64,000 bases of DNA from a virus (taxonomy: Duplodnaviria; Caudoviricetes): IMG/VR virus record IMGVR_UViG_3300032132_000748. The stretch is one strand, 5' to 3'. The translations under genes and the position numbers were made by a program. Below, piece by piece: positions 1 to 10,051 of this stretch (its first letter is position 1; every line of letters begins with the position of its first letter). Under the pieces are notes generated by a model. That model was not told the origin of the DNA. It saw only the letters and a list, made by a program, of their open reading frames with translations, and made no database searches.

Positions 1-1
1 A

Positions 2-235
2 GACGCTACCGACGCTTCAAGATCATATGATATAGAAATCCTTAGTGCTCCTTCAGGGACACCAGTCGTTTTGGCGACTCTAACCCTAGCTACTAGCACA
101 ATAGGGACTTCTACAACAGCACCTAGTGTTGCTATTGCGGCCGATGTTGAAATAGGGGCTAGAATTGTAAGAGCATCAGGTGGAGGATCCTCCACATTTG
201 GTAGTATAGTAGTGGATATAACGCTGGAGGAGTAG
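2..235 (+). CDS. 3' end of a putative virion structural protein (partial)
   Basis: Open frame from window start (DATDASRSYDIEIL...VDITLEE*) ending at TAG 233-235, 4 nt before the next ATG; Thr/Ser/Gly-rich like its neighbours. Confidence 0.6.
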   Translation, partial: DATDASRSYDIEILSAPSGTPVVLATLTLATSTIGTSTTAPSVAIAADVEIGARIVRASGGGSSTFGSIVVDITLEE

Positions 236-239
236 AATA

Positions 240-1040
240 ATGCCGACAATAACAATATTGACAAACGCTAGCCAAGGAACTGATGTTCTTATTAGAGATT
301 TAGGGATCGTAATTCCTGCTAGTGGAGGCTCTGAAACATTTACAGATAGAAATAATATCATTAAATGCAGTAGCTCAAGAAATCTACTAACCCTTGCTAC
401 CGATGATGCTCACGGAGCAGGTAGCTCTACTCTTATATTGAATGATGGTGGTGGAAATATCGCTCAAGCCGACGCAGCAGAATTTTTAGACGCAATGCCA
501 GCAGAGTATGTTGCATCTAACATAGGAACGGCCGGAGTTGGAGTTTTTGCTCAAAAAAATATAGGAACGTTTGAGTTTAAGAACGTTAATATTGGCTCAT
601 CCCAGATGACCATATCTGACGATACAGGAAATGATGAAATAGACTTAGACGTTGATGGCGGCCAAATAACTGATGTTGGAGCTTTCTCTTCGGCGGCTTC
701 AGCAGTTTCTGGGGGAGTTATAACAACAACCTCAAATACGGATGTCTTAATGACCGGAATGACAACTACACCTGGGGCGGGCACCTACTATGTAATAGTA
801 TCGGGATCAGGGTTTATGAACTCTAACAACAAGAGCTTTTTTGTAACTATTTACTTTAATGGGGTAGCAGATGCTACCTCTATTAGAGAATCTGAAGCCT
901 TGGACGCACTACCTTTCCTTTCGGTAGGTGTTGGGACAGTTGCAGCCGGTCAAACAATAGAAGCCAGATGGAGGGTTGATAACGGAACAGGATCTGTACT
1001 TCAAAACAGAAGTCTTGTTTGCGTAAAATTAACTAGCTAA
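240..1040 (+). CDS. putative virion/tail-associated beta-rich protein
   Basis: 266 aa, G/S/T-rich; GGAG RBS upstream; C-terminal domain similar to that of 1762..2340. Confidence 0.55.
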   Translation: MPTITILTNASQGTDVLIRDLGIVIPASGGSETFTDRNNIIKCSSSRNLLTLATDDAHGAGSSTLILNDGGGNIAQADAAEFLDAMPAEYVASNIGTAGVGVFAQKNIGTFEFKNVNIGSSQMTISDDTGNDEIDLDVDGGQITDVGAFSSAASAVSGGVITTTSNTDVLMTGMTTTPGAGTYYVIVSGSGFMNSNNKSFFVTIYFNGVADATSIRESEALDALPFLSVGVGTVAAGQTIEARWRVDNGTGSVLQNRSLVCVKLTS

Positions 1041-1042
1041 TT

Positions 1043-1759
1043 ATGACAACTATATATTCATATGACATAACAAATGATCTTCCTGGCGGAAAAGTAAATA
1101 CTTCTACCCTCTTAGAGGAGATACAAGCGTCGTCTATTGTTACAACACTAGAAAATATTAGCACAAGTGGAGGAACATCAGAAGACGGGTTGATAACAGG
1201 GGGGACCCTAGATTTACATTTTGCGTCTGATCTCACGGCCCCCGAGAAAACCACCTTAGACGGAGATACAGCTAATCCAGCAGGAGGTTTGTTAGCAACA
1301 ACTACCCCCAAACCCACTACACAAGGTAATATCTTTTATGGTTATGACTCTTTAGGGGGCCAAACTTTTACTTCAGCGTCAATTACACTAAATATTGATC
1401 TAGAAACGATAAGTGACGCGTCAATGATTACACTATCTAATGATGTGATCACTTTTCATAAAAGCGGGACCTTTTTCGTTATTTCTAATATATCTATAGG
1501 CCAAACGTCAAACTCTAGAACTGAGTGGCGTGGGTACATGGAGATAGACGCAGGATCTGGATTTTCAGAAGTAATCGGTACACGAGCAGCAGGTTACTCC
1601 AGAAATGGGGCACAAGACGGGTCTACTGGATCTATTTCAACCGTATTAGACATAGAAGCAAATTCTGAATTTAGGGTAAGAGTAATGAGAGAGTCTGGTT
1701 CAGGAACTCTCAGCACTATCCAATACGGATCTAGATTGGTTATAGTAAAATTGAGGTAA
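1043..1759 (+). CDS. putative virion protein with shared N-terminal module and beta-sandwich-like C-terminus
   Basis: N-terminal ~85 aa paralogous to 2404..3543 (EIQASSIVT, KTTLD, PAGGL). Confidence 0.55.
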   Translation: MTTIYSYDITNDLPGGKVNTSTLLEEIQASSIVTTLENISTSGGTSEDGLITGGTLDLHFASDLTAPEKTTLDGDTANPAGGLLATTTPKPTTQGNIFYGYDSLGGQTFTSASITLNIDLETISDASMITLSNDVITFHKSGTFFVISNISIGQTSNSRTEWRGYMEIDAGSGFSEVIGTRAAGYSRNGAQDGSTGSISTVLDIEANSEFRVRVMRESGSGTLSTIQYGSRLVIVKLR

Positions 1760-1761
1760 AC

Positions 1762-2340
1762 ATGACATATAAAAAAACTTATATAATCTCTACAGAAACA
1801 GCCAACGGAGTAGTTAGCAACACTACCCTACACGATGAAATCGAAGTTTTAGGTCTTACCGACTTCATTGGAGTTAGACCAGAAGGTCCAGATCAAATAG
1901 TAATTGAATTTGAAAATACTATTTCTGCCGGAGAATTAACGTCACTTAGTAATACGTTAGCGGGTCATGAAGGGGTAGATATACAAGTTCCTAGTCATGT
2001 AGAAGAAGAGGGAGATATAACCACTACAAGTAAATCATTTGTTATGGTTTCTGGGATGGCAATTACTCCGTATGCCGGTGATTATTTAGTTTATTTTTCT
2101 GGACAGATAAGCAACTCTTCAAAAAAGAAAACAACAAGTATGGCAATATTTGTCGATAATACAGCTCACTCTCAGTCAGAAAAGACGTTTAAAACCAAAT
2201 CAAATGGGGACGGAGCAACTTTTACTTGCATAGCAAAAATATCTGTTGATGGGAGTCAAATAGTAGAGGGAAGATGGGGAGTAACTGGAGGCACAGCAAC
2301 TATGCATGGAGGCAGACTCTTGAGTTTGGTGGAGGTATAG
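1762..2340 (+). CDS. putative virion protein (mosaic of neighbouring modules)
   Basis: N-terminus resembles 1043/2404 module; C-terminus resembles that of 240..1040. Confidence 0.55.
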   Translation: MTYKKTYIISTETANGVVSNTTLHDEIEVLGLTDFIGVRPEGPDQIVIEFENTISAGELTSLSNTLAGHEGVDIQVPSHVEEEGDITTTSKSFVMVSGMAITPYAGDYLVYFSGQISNSSKKKTTSMAIFVDNTAHSQSEKTFKTKSNGDGATFTCIAKISVDGSQIVEGRWGVTGGTATMHGGRLLSLVEV

Positions 2341-2403
2341 ATGGAGACTAATCAATCAACGAAAGAACTTGCTGCTATGGTCATAATAAGGTTATAATAC
2401 ATT

Positions 2404-3543
2404 ATGCCAACAGCTACTAAATATACATACTCAAAAGCTAGTGATTTCCCTGGCGGCGTTGTAAATACTACAAATCTCTCTGATGAGATACAGGCGTCGT
2501 CTATTGTTACAGCTCTTGATCGTATTGATACCGCAGGAGATGTAATTGATATTTGGTTCAAAGATGCACTATCTACAGCAGATAAAACCACACTAGACGC
2601 TGATACATCAGGACCTGCGGGGGGCCTAATTGCCGGGCATGACGGAGCACCTCTGGTAGAAGAAGCTACCCATGTAATTCTGGACCACAAACTAACCGGA
2701 GATAACCGTCTCCGTGTAGCTATGGAAAAATCTGACTCCACTGCATTTGATGCCTACTCCCACAACTGGGCCGATCCAACTACTTGGTATTTAAGTTCTG
2801 TTAGGGTAGTCGAGGAAGTAGCTACGGATTCCGGTGATCATATCACATACAACTTAGCAAATATAAATATCATTGATATGTATCATGGAAAATTAACAGG
2901 AGAAGATGATCTTCTCGACGCATCTTCTAATAGTTATCGAGTAACTGTCACCATAGACGATGTAGCTAAGACCGAACAAGACCCCCATTATGGGACCGGA
3001 GGAGATTATACTGTAGAATATGAAACAGGAAATATAGTAATGACTACCGCCTTAGCTGGATCTGAAGTAGTTAAAGTAACATATCACTATGCTACGGATA
3101 GTAAGTTTAAGATAATCCCAAATCCCGGAGAGAAAATAATCATTGAAGTTGCTGAAGTTCAGTTTGCTGATGATGTAGAGATAACAGATACTGTCGTGTT
3201 TCAAACATTCGGCTATGTTGACGTATTTGCTCCCCAATATTTAACAACAAATGGAGGCCCATACCCTCCCGGAACTAAAATACCGATTAGAACTTTTAAG
3301 TATAAGACGATGAGAGATTATCAAAACGCGGCCTTTAAGTCCTATCCCACTTGTCCTGCAATGGGGGGTGTTGATTGGAGAGGAATGCCTCGATCAGTTA
3401 TCGTTTTTGATTGGGATTATCAAAGAGGTATGACTTTACTTAGTTCTTACGGTATGGAAAGCCACCTATATCTAGAGCATGATGTTCCTTTTGGTGGTTC
3501 ATGGGCAACTGCAACCCTTTATTGTGGAATTGATACGGAGTAA
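2404..3543 (+). CDS. putative virion structural protein
   Basis: 379 aa; shared N-terminal module; tightly packed in the same-strand cluster. Confidence 0.55.
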   Translation: MPTATKYTYSKASDFPGGVVNTTNLSDEIQASSIVTALDRIDTAGDVIDIWFKDALSTADKTTLDADTSGPAGGLIAGHDGAPLVEEATHVILDHKLTGDNRLRVAMEKSDSTAFDAYSHNWADPTTWYLSSVRVVEEVATDSGDHITYNLANINIIDMYHGKLTGEDDLLDASSNSYRVTVTIDDVAKTEQDPHYGTGGDYTVEYETGNIVMTTALAGSEVVKVTYHYATDSKFKIIPNPGEKIIIEVAEVQFADDVEITDTVVFQTFGYVDVFAPQYLTTNGGPYPPGTKIPIRTFKYKTMRDYQNAAFKSYPTCPAMGGVDWRGMPRSVIVFDWDYQRGMTLLSSYGMESHLYLEHDVPFGGSWATATLYCGIDTE

Positions 3544-3545
3544 TA

Positions 3546-4298
3546 ATGGCATTTTTCTCAGCACCCTTAGACTTCTTCCTACAGATTAGAAAGAAAAAAA
3601 TAATGGGACACACACCTAAATCTTTAGGTGGTCTAAATCCAAGCACAGGAACCTCTTGGGAAACTATCTGGCCTGTAGGCGGGGTAATTACTTATCCGAG
3701 TTCATCCACACAACTAACTCTATCCAGCGACCATGCTGATGATACTAGTGCAGGAACAGGAGCACAAACAGCAAAAATTTCTGGATTAGATGATGAATTT
3801 AATGAAATATCTGAGGAGATTACTTTAAACGGTCAGACAGGAGTAACAACAGTTAACTCCTACTATCGAGTAAATAGTGTTTACTGTATGACAGCAGGAA
3901 GTAACGGCAGTAATAAAGGAAATGTTTACGCAGGAGAAGGAACTATAACAGCCGGAGTGCCTGCTACACCATATTGGTGTGTTCAAGCAGGAACTAATAG
4001 ATCAGGAACGGCCAGTTACACTGTGCCTATAGGTATGACACTATATATGATGAACTTAGAGCTTTCAAATACAAGCCTTACATCTGTAGCGTGTTTTAAA
4101 TTTGCTAAAACCTCTCCCGGAGGAATTCTTATGTCCTCAAATGTTTTTGCTTGTGCAAGCAATAGAGGTAAGGAACTTAGATCAGCGCCCGGTTTTGGGC
4201 CAGGAACAGATATCCAATTTATGAGTAAAGTTGATTCAGGGACTAGCACTAATTCTATATACGTCGAAACTATTTTAGTAGATAATAGGTCCGGCTAG
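3546..4298 (+). CDS. conserved phage protein, probably virion-associated
   Basis: ETIWxxGG..YP..LSS..D..GTGA..I.GLD..E.ITLNG pattern familiar from phage structural modules. Confidence 0.5.
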   Translation: MAFFSAPLDFFLQIRKKKIMGHTPKSLGGLNPSTGTSWETIWPVGGVITYPSSSTQLTLSSDHADDTSAGTGAQTAKISGLDDEFNEISEEITLNGQTGVTTVNSYYRVNSVYCMTAGSNGSNKGNVYAGEGTITAGVPATPYWCVQAGTNRSGTASYTVPIGMTLYMMNLELSNTSLTSVACFKFAKTSPGGILMSSNVFACASNRGKELRSAPGFGPGTDIQFMSKVDSGTSTNSIYVETILVDNRSG

Positions 4299-4401
4299 CT
4301 TCCAAAATAAAAGCTCTTTTGGGCTTCTAATCGTTGAAAATATAAAACCTCTTGCTAAACTACATTTCGACTTGATAAGATACCCCCCAGAAGGGGTTTA
4401 A

Positions 4402-4932
4402 ATGGCCAAAAATAAAACACAACCAAAAATCGAAGCCTTCTTGCAGGAAATGACCGCCGTATGCCAAAAATATGGCATGTGCGTAGACGCCAATGGTGGC
4501 GGTGGTCGTCGTGGCGAGGGGCAGGACCGAGGGGAAGCACGCTTTAACGAGGGGTGCCCTTTAGTTCTTTATACACAATCAGGTGAAGGACCCAATTATC
4601 GCAAGGTTGGGTATCTTTGGTATTCCTTTTTAGGGGCAGCAGAAAATCTTACCTATAACTTTGACCCAAAAAGAGGGACTCCGTATAAGGAAATTGTTAT
4701 TCCTGAGCCGGTAGAGGACCTGGATCAATTAGAAGAGATTAAAGCTGCAACACCCCTTAAACCAGAGAAAGCTAAAAAACCTGAAAAAGTTGAAATACCA
4801 CCTAAGCCTATTCTAGATGAGATGGCTGGTGATAAAAAAGAGAAAGCTGTTCAACTACCCGCCAGTGCCTTAGCTAAGGCAATCTTTAAAGCCAAAGAAT
4901 GGCAAAAAGATAACAATATTAAGGATTCTTGA
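4402..4932 (+). CDS. hypothetical protein
   Basis: 176-aa ORF preceded by extended -10 TGATAAGAT. Confidence 0.6.
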   Translation: MAKNKTQPKIEAFLQEMTAVCQKYGMCVDANGGGGRRGEGQDRGEARFNEGCPLVLYTQSGEGPNYRKVGYLWYSFLGAAENLTYNFDPKRGTPYKEIVIPEPVEDLDQLEEIKAATPLKPEKAKKPEKVEIPPKPILDEMAGDKKEKAVQLPASALAKAIFKAKEWQKDNNIKDS

Positions 4933-5204
4933 TGAAGAAAATAATTCATGTTAATCAGTTCCATATTAAATACAACCTAAAACATGAAGACAAGAAACCT
5001 ATCTTCACCGTAAAGGAAGGTAAAAAAAATACCTATTGCACCCGAGTTTTCATAGATGGGCCTAGTGTTTTAATCTATGCAGATGACGGAACCGAAGATC
5101 GGAAAAAACTGGGATGCGGGGCTAGAGCTTGGATAGAAACTGAAAGTCCTGTAAGAATGGAAAACCCAACCACTTTTCAAGAATTAAAAGCGTGTTTCAC
5201 TTAA
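4929..5204 (+). CDS. conserved small phage hypothetical protein
   Basis: IHVNQ..I..N / GPS.L.Y / L.CGAR.WIET pattern; overlaps the stop of the upstream gene. Confidence 0.6.
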   Translation: MMKKIIHVNQFHIKYNLKHEDKKPIFTVKEGKKNTYCTRVFIDGPSVLIYADDGTEDRKKLGCGARAWIETESPVRMENPTTFQELKACFT

Positions 5205-5968
5205 ATCTTAATAAAGAACCTGAACCACCTCTCGACCCAACCAATCGATATACCTGGATGCAGAAAGAGCAATATGCTCATTTAGCGAGCCAGGTCTGGG
5301 ATAATGAATACTCCCCTGAGGGAGAGCTGCTGTTCAATAGGATCGAAGGACGTTTCAAGCAACACTGTGATTGGGAGGGCTATGAAAAATTTTTCAAAAA
5401 CATCGAAGACACTTCAGATAAAACTGCCTTAGATTTTGGTTGTGGTTTAGGGAGAAATATTCTCTGTTACCACAACAGGTTCAAACAATTAGATGGAGTT
5501 GATCTCTGTGCCTCTCTTTTAGAGCAAACTGCTGTTACTCTTAAAAGAAAGGATATCAATAATTGTAAATTAATGCTTTGTAATGGGATTGATTTATCTG
5601 AGATACCTGATAACTCCTATGATCTGATTCTAAGTTCTCGATGTCTACAGCATATATGTGTCTATTCCATTAGATACAACTATCTAGAAGAATTTTACAG
5701 AGTATTAAAACCCGGAGGAAAAATATCTATTCAGATGTCTTATGGTAAGGGCAAACTAAATCAAGTGGGTTACTACAGAAACCACTGGAACGCTAGCGGA
5801 ACCGGAGGGGTTTGGGACGTCTGCATTAAAAATCCTATTTATATCAAGAAGGATCTTAAAACCTTCATCGGATTTAAAAATTTTGAGTTCGATGTAGTCC
5901 TCGCGCCTCCTTATGGGATGGCCGACGATAGACTATACATTTTCTTCCGAGCAGAAAAACCAGAATAG
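5192..5968 (+). CDS. class I SAM-dependent methyltransferase
   Basis: Motif I LDFGCGLGR; YDLILS..CLQH; RVLKPGG. Confidence 0.9.
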   Translation: MFHLNLNKEPEPPLDPTNRYTWMQKEQYAHLASQVWDNEYSPEGELLFNRIEGRFKQHCDWEGYEKFFKNIEDTSDKTALDFGCGLGRNILCYHNRFKQLDGVDLCASLLEQTAVTLKRKDINNCKLMLCNGIDLSEIPDNSYDLILSSRCLQHICVYSIRYNYLEEFYRVLKPGGKISIQMSYGKGKLNQVGYYRNHWNASGTGGVWDVCIKNPIYIKKDLKTFIGFKNFEFDVVLAPPYGMADDRLYIFFRAEKPE

Positions 5969-5973
5969 GTACC

Positions 5974-6002
5974 TTGTACTAAATCATTGTCTGTGATACC
6001 AT
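5974..6002 (+). promoter_or_regulatory. sigma70-type promoter (leaderless arrangement)
   Basis: TTGTAC-N17-TACCAT with extended TG; ATG follows 6 nt after the -10. Confidence 0.6.
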
Positions 6003-6008
6003 ACTTTT

Positions 6009-6806
6009 ATGGAAAATGTCTTAGTTAACACAGATAACATCTCTGGATTCAAAAAGCTGAAAGATAATTCAGTCAATCTTATACTTTTTAGTCCCCCATA
6101 CGCTAATATTAGAAAAAGCTATGCAGGGGCGGTTCCTACAAAATATGTAGAATGGATCACCCCTTGTCTTAAAGAATCCTATCGAGTCCTAGACACTAAT
6201 GGATCTATGATCATTAACATAAATGATAAGTGTGATAAAGGAGAGAGAATCCCTTATGCCTTTGAGATGGTCATCAAGGCCAGAGAACTTGGGTTTAAGT
6301 TCATCGATACAATTATTTGGCAGAAGAAGAATGGGATAGCAGGTGCTGGCCGCCGAAGAGCTGATTACTTCGAATATATTTTTCATCTCGCTAAATCCAC
6401 TAAACCTACTTGGAATCCTGATCCCATCAGAACACCTTATGCGCCATCTAGTGTAAACAGGTCTAAAACCCCCATTAAGAATAATGTTTCTAATAGAGAG
6501 ACTCGTGGATCAGCTAAAGAAAAAAAGATGTGGGTGCTTAACCCGCATGGCGCATATCCTAAAAACGTAATACCTTTTAAGAAAGATCGGGGTAAAGATC
6601 ATCCGGCTGCCTTTGATATAGAGTTACCCCTTCATTTTATTGCCGCTCATTCAAATCCAGATGATCTAGTGTTGGACCCTTTTGCTGGTAGGGGCACTAC
6701 TTGCGAAGCAGCTAAACGACTTGGAAGACGTTACGTAGGTTTTGAGATGAAAAAAGATTATGTGGAGCTGGGTAGAAAACTCTATACATTAAATGTTAAA
6801 ATTTAG
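6009..6806 (+). CDS. DNA N4-cytosine/N6-adenine methyltransferase (beta class)
   Basis: Catalytic SPPY precedes SAM-binding DPFAGRGTT; HPA.F motif. Confidence 0.92.
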   Translation: MENVLVNTDNISGFKKLKDNSVNLILFSPPYANIRKSYAGAVPTKYVEWITPCLKESYRVLDTNGSMIININDKCDKGERIPYAFEMVIKARELGFKFIDTIIWQKKNGIAGAGRRRADYFEYIFHLAKSTKPTWNPDPIRTPYAPSSVNRSKTPIKNNVSNRETRGSAKEKKMWVLNPHGAYPKNVIPFKKDRGKDHPAAFDIELPLHFIAAHSNPDDLVLDPFAGRGTTCEAAKRLGRRYVGFEMKKDYVELGRKLYTLNVKI

Positions 6807-6808
6807 TA

Positions 6809-7135
6809 ATGGGATATATTCTTTGGGCTTTTCTCTTTATTATCGCAGGCTTCATTCTTGAGTCTTGTGTCTGTGTCTACCACAGAGCTAGAGAAAATAA
6901 CAGAATCATGCTGTCAGCAGTTACGGGGGGAATCATCACATGTATTGGAATACTGGTTATATCTAGAATTGTTTATAGTGTGATCAGTGGACCCCTTGGT
7001 CATCTATCTCTTATATACGTATTTATTTTTGCTCTAGGAAAAGGCATAGGAACATATACTAGCTTAACTATGTGGGATAGACTGTACCCAAATAAGGCCA
7101 TAAAAGATGAATGTGGGCAAAAAAGAGGGTTGTAG
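6809..7135 (+). CDS. small membrane protein
   Basis: Three hydrophobic segments in 108 aa. Confidence 0.65.
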   Translation: MGYILWAFLFIIAGFILESCVCVYHRARENNRIMLSAVTGGIITCIGILVISRIVYSVISGPLGHLSLIYVFIFALGKGIGTYTSLTMWDRLYPNKAIKDECGQKRGL

Positions 7136-7171
7136 CCTTTACCAATACTATATATGTGATATCATCAAAGC

Positions 7172-7399
7172 ATGACTACTGGATATGAGGTTTTCCTGAT
7201 CGCTACACGCCCCTACCCTGAGAAGGCCCTGGGAACCGATGTAACGACGTTAGCCTCAAACTGTAGTAGGTATCAGCCCGGTCTTTTTTTCTACTCTGAG
7301 AGGGACGCCAGGGCTTACTACAACGAACTCCTACCGGAGACTAAGCTTACCTGTAAAATATACAGAAGCATTATAAATGTAGAGAAGGAACCTTTATGA
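7172..7399 (+). CDS. hypothetical protein
   Basis: 75-aa ORF; extended -10 TGATATCAT 6 nt upstream of ATG. Confidence 0.6.
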   Translation: MTTGYEVFLIATRPYPEKALGTDVTTLASNCSRYQPGLFFYSERDARAYYNELLPETKLTCKIYRSIINVEKEPL

Positions 7400-7761
7400 A
7401 CATTGAAGATTCAAGAGCCATCGATAACGCACTCCAAGCTGCTTATCATGAAGTATATAGTGACGAATTAGGGCCAAAAACCCAAGAGAAGTTGATGGAT
7501 AAATTTTATGATCTAATTGACGCTACAGTATTTCCTGATGGTGAGAATGAACTGGACTTTGAGTCGGGAATTGAGTTAGGAATTAAACTATCTCAAAATA
7601 CAGCTCCCGGAGTTAAGTTATACAAAACAGCGTATGACCATCAGGCTTTTTACTTTGTAGGAACTGAAGACGAGATTGTTAAAAAGATAAATACAATTTT
7701 CGATTGTTGTTGCCCTACGGATGTTTTATTACGTAGTGGTTGTCAGTGTAATGGAAATTAA
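7396..7761 (+). CDS. hypothetical protein with C-terminal CxC-x8-GCxCxG module
   Basis: Ends CCCPTDVLLRSGCQCNGN*; AAGGA RBS. Confidence 0.75.
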   Translation: MNIEDSRAIDNALQAAYHEVYSDELGPKTQEKLMDKFYDLIDATVFPDGENELDFESGIELGIKLSQNTAPGVKLYKTAYDHQAFYFVGTEDEIVKKINTIFDCCCPTDVLLRSGCQCNGN

Positions 7762-8272
7762 AACTTATTCTTGCACGGGGCATCGCCCACACAAATTAAA
7801 CCAAGAGTATGATTACGATGGTCCCTGTACGAAATACGTCTACAAAGAGATATTACGTATTTTAGCTGAAGATTCTCCAGATGTCTGTATCAGTGGGATG
7901 GCTATTGGGGCAGACACCTTATTTGCTTTAGCCGCGCTAGAATTAGAAATACCATTGATTGCAGCTTTACCCTTTATCGGTCAAGAAAATCGGTGGCCAG
8001 AAAAATCTAAAAAAATATACCGTGAAATACTTAATAATCCCTTAACAACTAAAAAGGTTGTCAGTGAAGGAGGATATTCCGCGCACAAAATGCATTTAAG
8101 GGATATGTATATGGTAGATGAAGCAGATAAAGTTTTAGCTGTTTTTAATGGAACTAAGGGCGGTACTTATTACACCGTAAAGTATGCTATTAAAAATGAT
8201 GTTGATATCATCTACGTAGACCCTGACGCATGGAAAGAAAAAGATGAGGAACAGCTATCTTTATTTGACTAA
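7751..8272 (+). CDS. SLOG family (YspA/DUF1273-like) protein
   Basis: TGHRP, ISGMAIGAD, PF.GQE.RW, RD.YMVD, GGT..TV.YA; start moved to ATG 7751. Confidence 0.85.
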   Translation: MEIKTYSCTGHRPHKLNQEYDYDGPCTKYVYKEILRILAEDSPDVCISGMAIGADTLFALAALELEIPLIAALPFIGQENRWPEKSKKIYREILNNPLTTKKVVSEGGYSAHKMHLRDMYMVDEADKVLAVFNGTKGGTYYTVKYAIKNDVDIIYVDPDAWKEKDEEQLSLFD

Positions 8273-8323
8273 GTCTTGATCACTAACATCACACAAGGTA
8301 ATCTATTACTGTTAGGTGAAATT

Positions 8324-9409
8324 ATGGACCAAATGTTACTAAGGGATATTCCCGCCCAAAAAGACTTCGAAATCGCCCACTTGCTCCGAGTAAGCGGAAT
8401 GGAACTCAAAGAAACCAAGACAGGCAAACACTATTTATCTTTAGATCTTGGAGATTCCTCTAAAGAGCTCAAGTGGAATAAAAAATGGGACTCTAGTCCC
8501 GCTGAGTATGAGAAACTTAAAAGTAAAAAGGTCTTGTTCGTCACAGGTAAGACCGATGTATATAAAGACAATATGTCAATTGTCTGTGAGAGTTTAGCTG
8601 TGCCAGAAGATGGAACCGAAACAGAATTTCTAGAAGAATTAGTCCCTAGAACGGATTATGACGTCCCCTTCCTAAAAAAGGAACTTTGGAAGTATCTTAA
8701 AAGTATCAAAAATAATTACATCAGGGAGCTTTGTTTACTTTTCCTCAAGGATCCAGAGGTCAAAGAAAAACTAGCAACAAGCGTCGCTGCTGCGGGACAT
8801 CACCACGCATATAAAGGGGGGTTGATCACTCATATCGTACGCCTCATGTATCTAGCCGAAGGTGTTTGCGACGCTTTTAATAACAATATGTATCCCAACG
8901 GTAAATACAAAGTTAACAAAGATCTACTAATATTCGGTGTTTTTGTTCACGACCTATATAAAATCAGAGAATACGAGGGAACCAGCTATGCGGCGGACGG
9001 TGGCCTCGTTCCTCACCTCCCTCTTGGAGCTATCCAAGCCAATAGGTTCATGGATCGCATCGAAGATTTCCCAGAAGAGATAAGAAAACAATTAACGCAT
9101 CTCGTGCTGGCCCACCATGGACAGATTGCTTGGGGTAGTCCCTGCACACCCCTCACTGTCGAGGCAATGATATTACACCACTGTGATAATATAGCAGCCA
9201 AGGTTGATCCTATGCTTGAAGCCCTTGATGATCTTCCTGAGGGAGAAACCTGGACTGGTCGAGTTAAGGTTTGCGAGAATAAGAAAATCTATCTTGGTGG
9301 TATGTCTATACATCAATATGATGATGATAAAGTGGTAGTGAAGAACGGAAAAGTTTGCGTAAAATGCGGGGAGCTTTGCTCTTGCGAAGAAGAAACTGCT
9401 GAAAAATAA
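8324..9409 (+). CDS. YhaM/Cbf1-like OB-fold + HD-domain 3'-5' exoribonuclease
   Basis: TKTGK.YL OB-fold start, AA.GHHHAY.GGL..H, HD (VHDLYK), LAHHG..WGSP, EA.ILH..D; start at ATG 8324 after AGGTG. Confidence 0.85.
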   Translation: MDQMLLRDIPAQKDFEIAHLLRVSGMELKETKTGKHYLSLDLGDSSKELKWNKKWDSSPAEYEKLKSKKVLFVTGKTDVYKDNMSIVCESLAVPEDGTETEFLEELVPRTDYDVPFLKKELWKYLKSIKNNYIRELCLLFLKDPEVKEKLATSVAAAGHHHAYKGGLITHIVRLMYLAEGVCDAFNNNMYPNGKYKVNKDLLIFGVFVHDLYKIREYEGTSYAADGGLVPHLPLGAIQANRFMDRIEDFPEEIRKQLTHLVLAHHGQIAWGSPCTPLTVEAMILHHCDNIAAKVDPMLEALDDLPEGETWTGRVKVCENKKIYLGGMSIHQYDDDKVVVKNGKVCVKCGELCSCEEETAEK

Positions 9410-10051
9410 ATGATCGAATACACAGATCTAATACTTAAATGTAATTCGCTATTTCATAAGTTAAACGGGCGAGCACTACTACATAATATGGTTGAGGGAA
9501 ACGTCTGTTTCTCGCATCCGTTTACGGCAAGTAGTCAATTAGACGTAGATTCTCATCCTAAACGTTTCAATTTATGGAGGTTAGCTAGAAATCGAAACCA
9601 TATTATGGAAATAGGTTTCAATGCAGGACACTCCTCATTAATAATGTTGCTCTCTAATCGAGATGCTCTCCTTACTATATTTGATCTAGAAAAACATGTG
9701 TATACAAGACCATGTTTTGAATTACTTCAAAATTTCTTTCCGCACATGAGAGCACATTATGGAGATAGCAAACAAACCGTAAGTGCTTTTACTCGTGATA
9801 ACCCAAACGCCCGGTATGATCTAATTCACATAGACGGTGCTCACGAGTTTGAAACTCTTGAGCATGATTATCAAAATGCTAAGACATTATCTCATAAGGA
9901 CACTGTAATTGTTGTAGATGATACAGATGGTCCCATAGGAAAATATATTCAAGAAAAAGTATTAATGGGAGAAATAGTAATGCTCAACCGTATTGAACAT
10001 AGACTTAAAAAAACACCCCATCATATGATTTTTAAATTCAAGGGCCGATAA
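9410..10051 (+). CDS. SAM-dependent methyltransferase (Methyltransf_24-like)
   Basis: MEIGFNAGHS, GDS, YDLIHIDGAH, IVVDD. Confidence 0.85.
   Translation: MIEYTDLILKCNSLFHKLNGRALLHNMVEGNVCFSHPFTASSQLDVDSHPKRFNLWRLARNRNHIMEIGFNAGHSSLIMLLSNRDALLTIFDLEKHVYTRPCFELLQNFFPHMRAHYGDSKQTVSAFTRDNPNARYDLIHIDGAHEFETLEHDYQNAKTLSHKDTVIVVDDTDGPIGKYIQEKVLMGEIVMLNRIEHRLKKTPHHMIFKFKGR

Noticed and set aside
2341-2397. 18-codon ORF METNQSTKELAAMVIIRL between structural genes
   Set aside because: Has a GGAGG upstream but is too short to support; may be a remnant gene end
9355-9409. YhaM-like protein tail CVKCGELCSC as a Cys-tag member
   Set aside because: CxxC-x3-CxC pattern without GCxCxG and not at the fixed distance from the stop
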